From NCBI GenBank assembly GCA_963693365.1, contig CAVNZM010000004.1, positions 2,440,389 to 2,504,388 on the forward strand: 64,000 bases of DNA, written 5' to 3'. Below the pieces are notes generated by a model. The model was not told where the DNA came from. It ran no database searches and was given only the letters and a program-made list of their open reading frames with translations. The DNA comes from Amoebidium appalachense. Its lineage: Eukaryota > Protista > Ichthyosporea. Of the stretch, positions 1 through 14,256 are shown piece by piece. Both the position numbers and the translations under genes were made by a program. Position 1 is the first letter of the stretch, and each line of letters begins with the position of its first letter.

Positions 1-1153
1 GCAAAAACACAACCATACAACCACCACCCGTAGAAAGAAAAGCACGGCACCCCAAAAACCCAAGACACACACAAATACACCCCCCACACACACCCGGCCA
101 GCCTGCCCTGACTGCCGGAACACACACAGACCCAGTGTGCCCTGCAAAACCCACCTTTTAGTTCACAAAAACATTGCCACAACATACGTACAACAACACA
201 TAATGTTAGGTAGCAACCCCCCACCACCACCACCACCACACCCCATCATCCACCCATACCCACCGTAAATACTATACACAACACTTAGGACTTCCCAATA
301 CTGTAGATCGACCAATGAGAGCCCTCGGTTAACGTTTATTGCTAGTTTTTGAATGGAGGGGAGGACTGGAGCCTCCTGCCGGCGTGGCTGGGGTAGTAGC
401 CTGGGCAAAGTGTGTGCCTATAGTTAGGTTGTGAAGGATGGTTTAGCTCTGCTGAACTCATAGGTAGCACCTTAACTAGTGTACTGTCGGTGCTGTGTGG
501 TAGATGGTAGTTTCCCTAGAGGGCCTGTAAAGGCTCTCCGGGAACAAAACGTGATAAAATAAAAATAAAATGGTCTTAGTGACATGTTGTGCAACAAACC
601 TAGCTTCTTTGCACCTCCGTGGCCCGGCTTCCCCCCCCCCCCCCCCCCCCCCCTTTCCCCCCGTCTCTTCTATACATAAACCTACAGACACACAAGCACA
701 CTGGGACCATCGCTATTGGTTTTTGCTTCACGCTCTCCCTTGTCTGCACACTCGAATACAAAACAAGACCCGTCTCCTGGGGACAAGACACACAAACACA
801 TTGTCTTAAACTCTCTTCCTTGACTTTTTTTCTTTTCTTAACCTGGCCCATGCCTCTGCTGTGACCTATATCACTATGTGTGTGCATGATGTCTTCTTTC
901 GGTCATGTTTTATATATTTTACTGAACTAGTGTCCAAGCATACTCACAATCGTGTCCGGGTCTATGTTGCTGGTGATGCCATGCATGCCAGACTGTGTGC
1001 TGTGTGGTTTTCTTGGAGACTTGGCAAAGTAGAAGGTTTAACATTATTTGCTCATAGTTTCCTTCGAATTTGTGTTGTGTCTGTTGTTCTTAGTGGTGGT
1101 AGTAGTAACCTGTGTGTGTGTGTGTGTGCGCGCGCATATGTGTGAGTGTGCGC

Positions 1154-1198
<45 letters not shown>

Positions 1199-1941
1199 TT
1201 TGTGTGTGGGTGGTTTCCTCTACAAATAGTTTTTGATTGCCGTCCTGCTGTAATTGTCTTGTGCACAAACACATGCATATCTGGGGAAGAAGTAGGAGTG
1301 TGTAATAAGCGCCTACATAAATCTGCTGTTTTGTTGGTGTCTGCTGTTAATGGTGCTGCTAGTATCGTATTTTTTGGGGGGGGGGGGAGGGGGGGGGGTC
1401 GTTCAGCTCTGTACAAAGAATATTATTTGTCGCCCCATTCTCAAACACCGTTTATTGCCTACAGGCCTGCAGACTGTCCCGACAGACACACCAATCTCTG
1501 TGTGGCAAATCGTCTCCCCGTTCTAAACACCGCCACATATTCCAGACGGATAAATGGGTGGGCGAGAAACAGGGAAGGGTGACACCCCCTACGTGTGCGC
1601 GCCGGAGACAACTGATACGGCGAATCTCTGTGTGATAATAGAATGATAAGCTCACTCGGTGAAGCTACAAAGGGTACCCTGCAAATTTTAATGTTTTTTG
1701 GCGTCTGTATTTGAAAAATGAAGGTTGGTGTGTGACATGCAAGAGCTTTTGTATACGCGAAAGACACATGCAATAATGTATTGTATTACCCACCACATGT
1801 AAATTTATATGGTCTGATTGTTCCGCTCTCTTGGTTTTTCGGGGGTTGTGTGTGCCAGGGGCCACATACATGGCTGCAGAAATATGGTGCTTTTGTGACT
1901 CCCAACATGATCGAGCTGTGTGTCCAAATACCCCCCCCCCC

Positions 1942-1972
<31 letters not shown>

Positions 1973-2020
1973 ACACCCCACACACACACAAAAAAATTTA
2001 AGGTGCTTAAAAAAAAGGCG

Positions 2021-2072
<52 letters not shown>

Positions 2073-3692
2073 GGCACGAGTTCACTTAGGCCCCCTAAGG
2101 CTGGATTCTACTTGATTGGGTTGTGCGTATTATGGGGGAAAACTTGGGCCCCACTGCTATTGCAAGCTGCATCAATATCGTGTCCAGAGTACTGCAGCAC
2201 ACTCCTCCGAGGATCCTCCCCCTTCCTTTTCAAAGACTTCCCCTAACGTTCAAGTGAACCATATCGATGTCTTTGTGGGTATTCACATGCGAAATAAGTT
2301 GTTAAGCGAGTGTTGCCAATGGGTACTACAATGCGGATGGTTTGGGCTCCCCCTGAGGATGACCGGGCGCCTTTTATGTGATTAACTGCTTGTGATGCAC
2401 GGAATCCGATATATCCGTCGTGAATCGAATGTGTATCTTGAGACCGTGGAAACCAAACCATGTGTACTTTGTACTTAATGAGCCGGCCAGAAGTCTGATC
2501 ATGACAGTGTCCCCCCCCCCCCCCCCCCCCCCTCTCGCGCTCTCCCCTTATTAATCCTCCTTCTGGACTCCTAACGAGTGTGCACGTATAGTGAGAAACT
2601 TTACCTGCATAATTGTTTTGGTCTCCGTTTTCAAAAGCCAGTTTTGTTCCGGAGAGTCACGGTTGTGTCAAAGGTGGGAGGCCTTCAATTTTCACAGGGG
2701 AAAAAAAAAATACCCCTTTCATATAAATTTCTTCCTGCTGCATTCATACCCCATATGAGTATTACGTGTGTGTGTGTGCGCGCGCGCACGCGTACGGCGC
2801 CGCGCATCAGTGTGTGCCAGGGTGTGGTGCGAGGTGGGCGGGGAGGGGGGAGAGGGGGGGGTATCATTGAGGGCACCATGCCCTATATTGACTCGTTGAC
2901 TCCAATTTTCTATTATGTATTGCTTTATATAACTCAGTATGCGTATATGTGCTCGATATTAAATTTGCAGTAAGTACATGGGGAACATTGATGGGTTTTG
3001 CTTGTGTATTCTGAACTGCAATATTCATATGATTTCAGGACTGCGCAGCTGCAGTGCCCATGTATGTACGATTCGGAGACCTCAAATATTCCTAACAGGT
3101 ACAAAGGTACTGTAATAATTATTTCATCATCAACACATTATGCGTGCCAATCCTAGAACAACCAGGATTATGTCATGACATTCGTCCTCAACTGTTACTA
3201 CATAATACGGACTATGTTTGCACCAACCCATAAGACCATCTATCACCCTTTCTAGCCTAGTAGCATATCTAAAATAAGTGGCTGGTCACGGCGGTGGCCT
3301 TTAACATAAATTTGGGCACTATAGGAACAAACATACGGTATATGCTTACTACGTCGAGCATCATCATTCATTCAGATTAATATTGTGTATACGTTAACTT
3401 TTACCGATCATAAAGCAACAATTTCTCTAGATTCCAATGGCAATCCGTGCATGTGTGCAGGTTGCACAAGATCCAAGTAGTGCAGTGGACTTGCCCTGGT
3501 ATGATATACTACATATCTGCTTCCAATTTATCCACCAGCACATTTCTCATACTGCACTACTGCCCCTTTCTCCTTGCTTCAAAGCAACAAAATGGATAAA
3601 AAGCTCTGATGTGTGCGGTGGAGACACACCACTGCTGTATGTAGTGTGTTTAGATATCCGAGTTGGGTAACTCCAGGTAAAACAGGCCCAGG

Positions 3693-3989
3693 TTATTGTT
3701 GCCTCTTGTGGCGTTCAGCCTCAGCAGAGAGAACTTCGTTCTTAGTGTACTCCTAGAGCACAACCATTGTTATCAACTGTGTAAGGTGCAAATAAATGTT
3801 GGTGTGATGTGTGATGCTATGTGGGTGTGGGTGGCTCCGGTGGCTCGGAGGGGGAAAGGGGGAAAAGGAAAAGGGGAGGGGCGGAGGGGGGAGGGGGGTG
3901 CAACCACCAGCACGATTCCTTATGAACACAGGATACGCGCACATTATTCATCACTGTCACAGCCTGCATGCTACTGTATCCCGCCTCCC

Positions 3990-4026
<37 letters not shown>

Positions 4027-4034
4027 CAACAACC

Positions 4035-4065
<31 letters not shown>

Positions 4066-4247
4066 AAAGCTCTCCCCACAAACCACCACCACCCCACTCC
4101 TATTTTCCTCCTTAGAGCGGCGCCACCAAAAGAAAGTTGCAAAGCTGTTGTAAGGAAGGGAGGGAGGGTGGATGAGGTGGTCGAAGAGCGATGGTGGGAT
4201 GCTACTTTGTGCGTGTTGTGGTCACGCATGTGTGTGTGTGTGTCTGT

Positions 4248-4290
<43 letters not shown>

Positions 4291-5029
4291 CGCACGTGTG
4301 TGTTCATGCGGGTGCGCGCACGTGTGTGTGCATTTTCGAGCACGTGTTAGCCCATGTGCAAGTGATTTTGTGCATGTGTGTGCTTGTGTGTCGGGGCAAT
4401 GTGTGTGCATGTGTCTTTGTGTGCATGCACGTGCACGAATGTGTGTGCATGTGTGTGTGTCTGTGTGTGTTCGTGTGTGTGTGTGCCTCAAGCACTTATA
4501 TTTATGGGGGCTACATACCATCTGCAGGTCCTTTACGAGTCTAAAGTACATGCGCTCCCTCTCTACCAGCTCCAGATATGTGGCATGGGCCCTATCCCTG
4601 TCCGCCCGTGCCTCCGCCTCTCTACTCCGCACCTGCACAGCACACATGTACTTGTTAGGAAGGGGTGGGGCCCCCTATTTGTATATTTATATCTATTGAT
4701 AATTATTGCTCTTATTTGGGGTTGTAAAGAGCACTACAGGATCAAACATCCTGACCTATCACTCAAAAAAACAGAATCATTGCCACCCACCACTGCAATC
4801 TTCAACCCACCCTCTTCCCCCCTCAACTGCCCGTTGCCTCCACCTCTACCCCAAACCTCCACATACACACACAGGCTACCCCCCCCCCCCCCCCCCCCCT
4901 CCCCCCTTCCCCCTTAAAACAACCACATTCAACAACCACCCACACCCATCCGACACCCCGCCTGTTCCATACCTCGATGCCCACGTTCCCCCCTCCAACT
5001 ATCTCCATACTTCCAGTCCCCCCTTTACC

Positions 5030-5065
<36 letters not shown>

Positions 5066-5290
5066 ACCCAAAAAAAGAAAAACCAAAAAAAAACCACCCA
5101 TATAACTCCATACCCCCCCCCCCCCCCCCCCCTTTCCCCAACACACACTCATACACCCCTCTATATACATACTTTCAGCCCCCACCTCCCTCCCCACTAT
5201 CCCCATACTTCCGGCACCCCCATCCCCTCCTCCGTCTCCATACTCATCTCCCCCCCCCCCCCCCCCCCCCCGTTATATCCATACTTCGCA

Positions 5291-5330
<40 letters not shown>

Positions 5331-6676
5331 AAAAAAAAAAAAAAAAAACCAGCACACACACACACATACACACACACACACACACCTGCTATTTCCAGTG
5401 AACCACTGACATATTCTTCATAACTCACCACGCACTTCTCTGGGCCCGATCTATCCCCGTACTTCCAGTCCCCCTCCCTCCCCAGGTCCTCCCCGCCCCC
5501 CCCCCCCCCCCCTCCCCCCCCCCCCCCCCCCCCCTCCCCCCCGCCCAAACACACACACCACATTATTCTCCATACTTTCTCCCCCCCCCCCGGGGGCCCC
5601 CTCCCAATCATTCTCCATACTTTCTAACCCCCCCCCCCCCCCCCCCCTCTGCACTCACCTTCTCCAGACTAGCAGCCACGCCCCTAGCGACATTTTCCAG
5701 CTGGGCCATAAACTGCCTCATGGCGCCCTCACTGGCCAGGGCCTGTCTGAATGTCTCCAGCACACTGCTGACTAGCCCTACCTCCCGCTGACGGTAGATC
5801 TGTGTGCACCAAATGTCAGTGGGAACATGGGCACCTTGTCAACCTTGGCCTTTTAGCAAAATGACGTCTAATATGAAGTCATTTTGAGGTGAGTGCAGAC
5901 GTCACTGAGAGAGTTACGGCCGGCTGAGGCCAATAAATCGAGCGCACTAATCGGGCTTTTTTTTTTTTTTTTTGGGTATGTCGCCCTTTCGGCGGCTCCA
6001 GACGAGAAAATCACCACACGTGCCATTGAGAAATGTCGATATAATCGTTACCTGTTGTGCAAATGTCTAGTTTTCACTAGCCCAACGTTGACTATATTAG
6101 TGCACAACAAAAGAGTGTGCAGCATGGGTGTTCTTTCCCAACATAATGGGCTGTGCCAGAGTTAGCACATGTTATGCATCATGCAATTATCATGGGTCGA
6201 GGAATGTATAAGAGGAAGGGCCAGGTAAGAGTACGGGGTGGGCCGTGTGCGTGTAGGTGCACGTGTGTGTGTGTGTGTGTGTGGGTCTGTGTTTTAATAT
6301 GCTTTTTCTGGTGTTCCTGGGGGTGGAGAGGGGGGGTGGGGAGGGGGGCCAGGGAAGGGAGGTTTGCCTGACCCTTGTGTCATCGCACGTGTTGTATAGC
6401 TCGTAGATGTGCTTCGTTTCTATGTGTTTGGCCTCCATCTGCCACCCCAAATGTCAGTCAGTACACACAAACACACAAACTACCAAAATTGCTGCCCCCC
6501 CCCCCCCCCCCTCTTCCACAAAGAAACACAAAAACAAAAAAAACAAAAGAAAGAAAGAAACCACCACCATTAAAATAGCTCCTTGTTGGCCCAAATACCT
6601 TTCTAACCCCCTCTCTCCAGCCTCTTCAAGAGTGTATAGTCGCACGATGCGACAGCTACTACTTCTAGGAACCCAT

Positions 6677-6708
<32 letters not shown>

Positions 6709-7052
6709 GCCGCCGCCGCCGTCGTTTGCCAACAGCAGATATAATACAAAAAGGGTGCAAAGGTGTTTTTTTTTTTTTTTTTTTTTTTTTTTTTGGGGGG
6801 GGGGGGGGGGGAGGGGAGGGAGGGGGGATTGAAGGAGGGAAGCGGCGGAAGGGGTGGGGTTGGGGGGGAGGGGGGGGGGGTTCTGCATCACATAGCACGA
6901 GCAGATCACATCTTCACAAAGGAAAACACAATGCAGATGTTGCAAACAAGCGCAAGCACAAAGAGCAGGGTTGGACGATGCAAAACAATGTGGACCACCA
7001 TCCGTTTGCCACGAGCATCCTGAGAGGTGAAAATCGTTGCAGTAGCGAATAG

Positions 7053-7098
<46 letters not shown>

Positions 7099-7654
7099 AC
7101 GCGCGTGCGTGCATACGTGCGTGCGTCTGTGTATGTGTATGTGTATGCAACATGCAGACACCATAACATTTTCAATAAAACCCTACAACCTTATAACTAC
7201 AAAATTCAAGCACACGGTATGGGTGGGGACACCATCGACATGTGCGTTACCTGCATATAAAGCTCCAAAAACCTTCTCTGATACTGATTAACTTCTGTTC
7301 TTGTTGGGATGCTATCCAGTTTTCTTTGGCTGCCAGCCACTTCTCTGTTTCGTTCGGCCAAAGCCAGTCTCCTTGCATCGTGCCTTTGTTTTTCAAGCGC
7401 ATGCTGCCGCTTGATTTGCTCCAAGCGTTGGGATTCTGAATTATCCTCTAGGCGGCTGTGGTGAGGGATGGGTGTAGGTGAGGTGGATGTATAATTCGGA
7501 CACATGGTGTAGATGTGTGATGTAGATGTGTGGTGTGCATGCGTGGTGTGGGTGGTGATAGTATGGTAGAGGAAAACACAAAGGCTGCAGGGTGAAAAGG
7601 AATGCCTGCCGCATACACAGACCTGACTCAACACACATATATTTCCTGCCATCA

Positions 7655-7689
<35 letters not shown>

Positions 7690-7818
7690 TCCCCCTGAAC
7701 CACCACCACACATACACGCCCGAAAATGAAGAAGAGGGAGAAAGGGGAAAACGTCCCACACACACACATGCCAAAATCTCAATTAAACATCCGATATCCC
7801 CTCAATCCCTCTCTCTAT

Positions 7819-7856
<38 letters not shown>

Positions 7857-9257
7857 CATCCCCCGCCCTCTCCCACTTCCTCCCCCCTCCCCTCCCTACT
7901 TGACACGAGCACCCCTTAAAACACTAGTTTCTCCCCCCCCCCCCCCCCCCCCCCTCCCCCGCCCTCAACCCCCCTTCTCTCCCCTCCCCCACCACCACCA
8001 CCGCCACCACCCACACACACGTGCATGCACCCCTCTCCCCCCCCACCCACCTGTGTGCCTCCTCTATCTTCCTCCTGAGTGCCTGTGCCTCTGCTCTGCA
8101 CGTGGCCTTGAACTCGGTCTCCTGCTGCTGCAACTGCCGCTGCCGACCAATTAGCTGCCGGATATGCTCCAATGTCTCTTCATCCTGGTTGGTGGAATAT
8201 CATGCACGTGTCACGCGATGAGTCCCGGCTGATTGGGGCAGCTACGGTGATTGCGACTGAACACGAATCGAAACTCGAGCAAACCAAGCAACTCCCGATT
8301 GAAACGTATGCATCTATCTCTAGATGCATATACAACAGGCAAACAGCTCCCATCCACAGTACCCTCGCCAGATACTCAGATAACCACGAACCAACAGATA
8401 CCATCCCCCCCCATCTATATAAATGTGATTGCATATAACACACAGACAGACACACACAGACACACAAGACACACACAGACACACGCACACACATGCACTG
8501 TACCTGTCCAGACAGGTTTGCAGCCAGTTTTTTTGACTCGTGCACCAGCCGGTTGCTGTGTGCCCTTGCAGCCTGCAGCTGCCCCTGCAGATCCCTCACC
8601 CTACCCTCCATGGAAACGTGCTCTTGCTGCGCACCTTGTAGCTGCCTGCATAGTAAAGCCAGGAAATAAAGGGGTGAACGGGAGTTATATGGCCGTGAAA
8701 ATAGGATAGATAGTAGATATGCTAGTCTTGGAAAAGGGAAGAAGCCTGGATAATACAGTCAGGAAATTAAAGGGATAGAGGGGAGGTATATGGTCGTGAA
8801 AATACGATAGGTAGTAGATGCATTGGTATTGGAAGAGGGAAAAAAGCCTAGATAATACAGTCAGGAAAAAGTGGGATAGAGGGGATATATGGTCGTGGAA
8901 AAGAGGAGAGGCGGTATATAATTGGTCATGAGGGATGGTAGATATATGTGGCCGCGGATAAGTGGACGGATGGTATCTATGTAGTTATGAAGAACGGAAC
9001 AGAGGGTACAAGTGGCCGTGGTAAAGGGCAGATTTTAGATATGTGGTTGGAAAGAGGGATAGATGGTAGATATGTGGATGGAAAGAGGGATAGATGGTAG
9101 ATATGCAGTCAATCGTATACTATCTTAGCAGGGGCCCGATATACATACTCTGTAGCAGCTGCAATCTGCTTTTCCAGCCTGGCCAACAGTCGGTGCCGGA
9201 ACAAGGCTGGGTTGGCCGCCTGAAAGACACACGAGAACGAATAAATGGTCATGTGTA

Positions 9258-9300
<43 letters not shown>

Positions 9301-10112
9301 AAAAAAAAAAAAACTAAAACTAAAAATACCCCCTTACCACCTCCCCTCCACCCTTTCCTCCTCCCCCCCCCCCCCTCCCCCCTCCCCCCCCCCTCCCCTC
9401 CTTCCCCAACGTAGAAAAATGTGACTATCTTACATAAGCTACTCTTTCATTTCTATGTCTGCTATAGGTGATGCCCACACATAACGCCTCACCACACATC
9501 ACGTGTGTCACCAGCACACGACCCCACCCTCTCACCTCCATGCAGGGGTGCAAGCGCAACCACCAGCAACTTTTGCTCTTGTTTGATACATAGTACACCC
9601 CCCCCCCCCTCCCCCCCTCCCCTCTCTCCCGCCCCCTCCCCCCGGCGCCCCCTTTTCCTATCAGTCAAACATAAAGGCGATACCAAAAGGGTAGCTGCGA
9701 ACAATACCGTCACTTGCAGACATCCATATCCGTACACACACAGGCCCTGCCGGGGGAGGGGGGGAGGGGGGAGGGGGGCGGGGAGGGCATGGGAAGCAAG
9801 GGGGGGGGGAAGGGGGGGGGGGGGGGATAATTATACCAGGACAGCAGCTTCATCGTCATCTCTCTCTGCCAGCTCGGTGACTATCTGTGGGCCAAAAAGG
9901 GTTAATACTAGTTGCCTGCAGCTGCCCCCAACCTCCTGTTCATGCTGCCTCACCCAGTGTGCAACCATGCTGCTTCAACTAGCCCCCTCCCCCTCCCTCC
10001 CCTTCCCCCCTCCCCCCCCCCCCTGGACCCTACCCTACTACCTATACCTCCCCCACCACCTCCTCCTCTATGCTCATCGTTTTTAATCGATGCTTCACTT
10101 CGTCCCACTCTA

Positions 10113-10208
<96 letters not shown>

Positions 10209-10235
10209 GCGTGTGGGCACGCGCAGTGTGTGTCC

Positions 10236-10280
<45 letters not shown>

Positions 10281-10281
10281 A

Positions 10282-10317
<36 letters not shown>

Positions 10318-11017
10318 CAAGGTAGTATGCAGGTTGAATGAGTGCGAGATAGGAGGGCGAAGGATGGGAGCACGAAACGAAGGGGGGGGGGGGGGGGGGG
10401 GGGGGGATGGCGGGAGGGAGGAGGGATGGGAGAACAAATGTATTACCTCCTTGATGGCTGTGGAATGCTGGCCCACCAGATTGGTGACTGCCTCAGACAG
10501 CGTCTGGTCGTCATCCGTGCTCTCTGTTGATTGGCTGTAAGTCGTGGCTACTAGGCAGGGGCTGCAACATCAATATCTAGTGTCTGTATATACACGACCA
10601 TACATGACCATTGTGTTTGCGTAAAGCATATACACTCTTGAAATGTCACTTCTGGCTAATGTTTACCACATATCCGGCTCGTTTTAGGCCCTGAAAGCTA
10701 GAGGTTTTATGTTTGATAAAGCATTGAACACAGTGGTGGTGTGCCACAGAGGTGGACATATGAGGGGAACCCATGCCCGGAAGGGTAAGCTAACAGGCAA
10801 TGCAGATGGCCTTTGGATTCCTAATATGCAAAGGGTTTACACACACAGCAGAAACCGACAGCAAACCAACAGCAATTCCTCCCCATATCCATACCGTCAT
10901 TCCTTCTAAAGTTAAGCATCTTCCCCGTTGCAAACCACCTGACTTCTACTACATCCGAAAACATCACCCAGCCACGTTTTTTTCCCCGGTTTTCACCGAG
11001 GTTCATACCCGAAACAT

Positions 11018-11070
<53 letters not shown>

Positions 11071-11816
11071 AAAACAAAAAAAAACAAAAAAAAAAACAAA
11101 AAACATATCATCCACACCTGCACATTTACACCCACACCCACACACCCAGCATGTTCCAGCACATACTACACACACTAGCAAACCAAGACCCACACCCACG
11201 CACCCAACATGTTTCTCAGCAGCCTATCCACGGTCTCCTGTTCCAGCTTCACGGCCAGGTCCTGTGCCTCCTGGGCCTTCTTCTGTTGTGCCGCCGCCTG
11301 CCTTGCTGTCTTTGCATCCGCACCTACCTCACCTTGCCCAACACATACAAGTATCAGCAATGGACAAAGTGAAGACAGAGTTGGATGGCTGGTTGGGTGG
11401 GTGTCAGGCTGGAAGGGGTTGGGGTGGGTGGGTGTTGGTGGTGGTGGCGGTGGTGGTGGTGGTGGTGGTGGTGGTGGTGGTGGGGGGGGGGGGGGGGGGG
11501 GGGGGGGACAGGTGGCATGCACTAGTAAGTGATAAACAGGTGGGGAGACACAGGCTGAGGGGGGTGGGTGGGTTGGTGGGTTGGGGAGGGGGGGAGGGGG
11601 GAGGGGAGGGGGGGGGGGGGGGGGGGGGGGGGTTAGAATGGGATATAAAGTACGAAGTACCCATTCATAATCGACAACACAATGCAGAGTGCAAACCACA
11701 CATATTGAGTATGCATAATAAGCAGAGCCCATCCCCAGAAGGGTCAAGTCATCCGCAGTACCCGAATTTCGATCAATTCACCTCTACGAAACCCGACTGG
11801 CATAGGGGGCGGGCCG

Positions 11817-11867
<51 letters not shown>

Positions 11868-12840
11868 CTAACCTTCCACATGGCGGCCCAGTCTATATCT
11901 GTGGCCGTATTCGAGCAGCACGGCTTGCACCCTCTCACCAACCCCCCTGGCTGCCTGGGTGGCTGGCTGACGGTACAGACGACGGGGCTTGTACCTGTCT
12001 GACGTGCGTTCAAGCGTGGCTAGAACGGACTGCGAGACGGAGATATGTTACTTGGGTATACATGCGTAGGCATGCATACACAGAAAATGTTACTTGGGTC
12101 CACATGCATGGGCATCATACACAGAACATGTTGCATACACAGAGAATGTTACTTGGGTACAAGTGCATAGGCATGCATATACACAATGGATAAGGTTTGA
12201 GAAATCCATAAACAGGTAGAGAGAGTGAAAGGAATAAGATCCCATGGTGTTACGATAGAGCACCGTTTATGTCGTGAATCGGCGCTAGTGTCTTGCACGC
12301 AGTTAGTTCTCTGGAAACAGATGTTGCGTCTGAATGGCCCTGCACATCCATACCACAACAGAGTGTGCATGCACAAATCAGAAACCCAAAACTTCCAGGA
12401 GGTAGCATTATTTCTAACACCAATAATGGACGCCTGATCTACAGTCCGACCGACCACCTCCATTCACCACCAAAATAATACGCACTGCATCTAACCCCCC
12501 CCCCCCCCCCTAACCACACACACATCCCCCCCCCCCCTCCCCCCCCCCCCCCCCCCCTCCCCCCAAACCCCTTTTCTCCCGTCCGTCCCATTGTTCTTAG
12601 TCACTACACCTTTACACGAGCAGTATGATTAGATAGAGAAGAGGGAGAGAAAAACTACATGAGCCCACTGACCGGCAGCTTTTGCTGGGCCTCAACATCG
12701 TGTGGATGCAGGTGGGACTTGGCAAATTGCGCCTCGGCAAATGCCCGAACAGAGTCTCCTAGCTCCTCTCTCGTTTCCACAACCTGAAAATGACATATTA
12801 TTCGTAAGAGTGGCAAAAAAAAAAAAGGGGGGGGGGGGGG

Positions 12841-12876
<36 letters not shown>

Positions 12877-13029
12877 ATAAAGAGAAGGGAGAAATGTGAT
12901 GGGGAAAGGGTAAGGTATAGGGTTGGTGTAGGCGGGGTGGGAATAATTGTGTGTATGTGAGTCGGTGTGTGTCTCTGTCTGTCTGTCTCTCTCTCTGTGT
13001 GGGTCGTGTGTGTGGTGGCTGTGAGAACC

Positions 13030-13070
<41 letters not shown>

Positions 13071-13684
13071 CTGCAGGTAAGTAATGCTTCACATCACACC
13101 CCCACATAACCCTCACAAGGTAAGTGGAAGTGAGAGGCCCCTAGCGCTCACTCCCCCCACGTCGTGCTTCATTTCGTGTATCCATTCTTAATTGGGTCCC
13201 GGTGTGATGAAAACGTGTATGCGATGCCAGTGTGCAACCAGATATTTATTCAGCCCTAGCAGTTTTTGGCCCGTTACTATCCTATAAGTGATATGCCGGG
13301 CTGTTTGGCCGGGGGGGGGGGGGGGGGGGCGCAGGGAGGGGGGAAGGGGTAGAATGTGTTGTAAAGGACGAAGCCCACAGTCATGATGGACAGCGCAATA
13401 CAAATGGGGCCGGGGAGGGGAGGGGGGGGGGGGGGGGGGGAGAATAAAAAACAAAAAAAAAAACAAGGAGGTGCACGTAGCCCAATCTATCAACATGCAT
13501 CATAAATGTCGTATATCAGGCACTGGTCCCGGAAAATATTACTCCACATGGCATCCTGATATTCTGAAAAACATAGCCGCCCTTAATACCTGACCAATTT
13601 CGTGTGAATTCTAAATAAGCATGTCACGTACATGGATGCAGCCAGGAAAGAAAGGCGGCAGCTGGGAGGGAGAAAGGGGACGGG

Positions 13685-13721
<37 letters not shown>

Positions 13722-14225
13722 GGGGGAGGGGGGTATACAACCTTCTTGACCAACCATTGGACGACTGGATATATCGACACGCAGTCCAAACCCTGTATTT
13801 GGTGTGGCTCCAACCGGTGGGGACAGCCCATATATGGAAGAACATAGACGATTTTCTCTACAAGCGCACTGTAAAAAGGGGTAAATGAGAAAAAGATATA
13901 GAGTGGGCAGGGTGGAAAAAAAGGGACGAAAGGGGATAAGGCACACATTTTAGCATTAACAGCAGGGGAGAGGGGGGAGGGGGGGGGGGGGGGAGGGGGG
14001 GGGGGAGGGGGGGGGGGGTGCAAGGGGAGGGGGGATCGGGACCATGTGTATGAAGGTGTCTGCTTTCTCATGCTGTATGTTGCTACATCGTCTTCATAAA
14101 AGAAAAAGCGGCAAGAGATTTAGGGGCGCGTGCGCAGGGAGAGGGGGGGGGGGGGGGTATGCCGCAAAGGTGAGGAATGCTCCAAACAGACACACCCACA
14201 GGCATTTGGCACCTTTACCTTCCCC

Positions 14226-14256
<31 letters not shown>

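Noticed and set aside
1-3690. Possible exons at ~900-1035, ~1466-1557, ~2140-2380 and ~3460-3670
   Set aside because: No recognisable protein motif or consistent splice phase, so no gene call is supportable
8655-9110. Repeat-spacer-like arrays (also 34606-34966) as CRISPR
   Set aside because: Eukaryotic intronic minisatellites with no unique spacers and no cas genes
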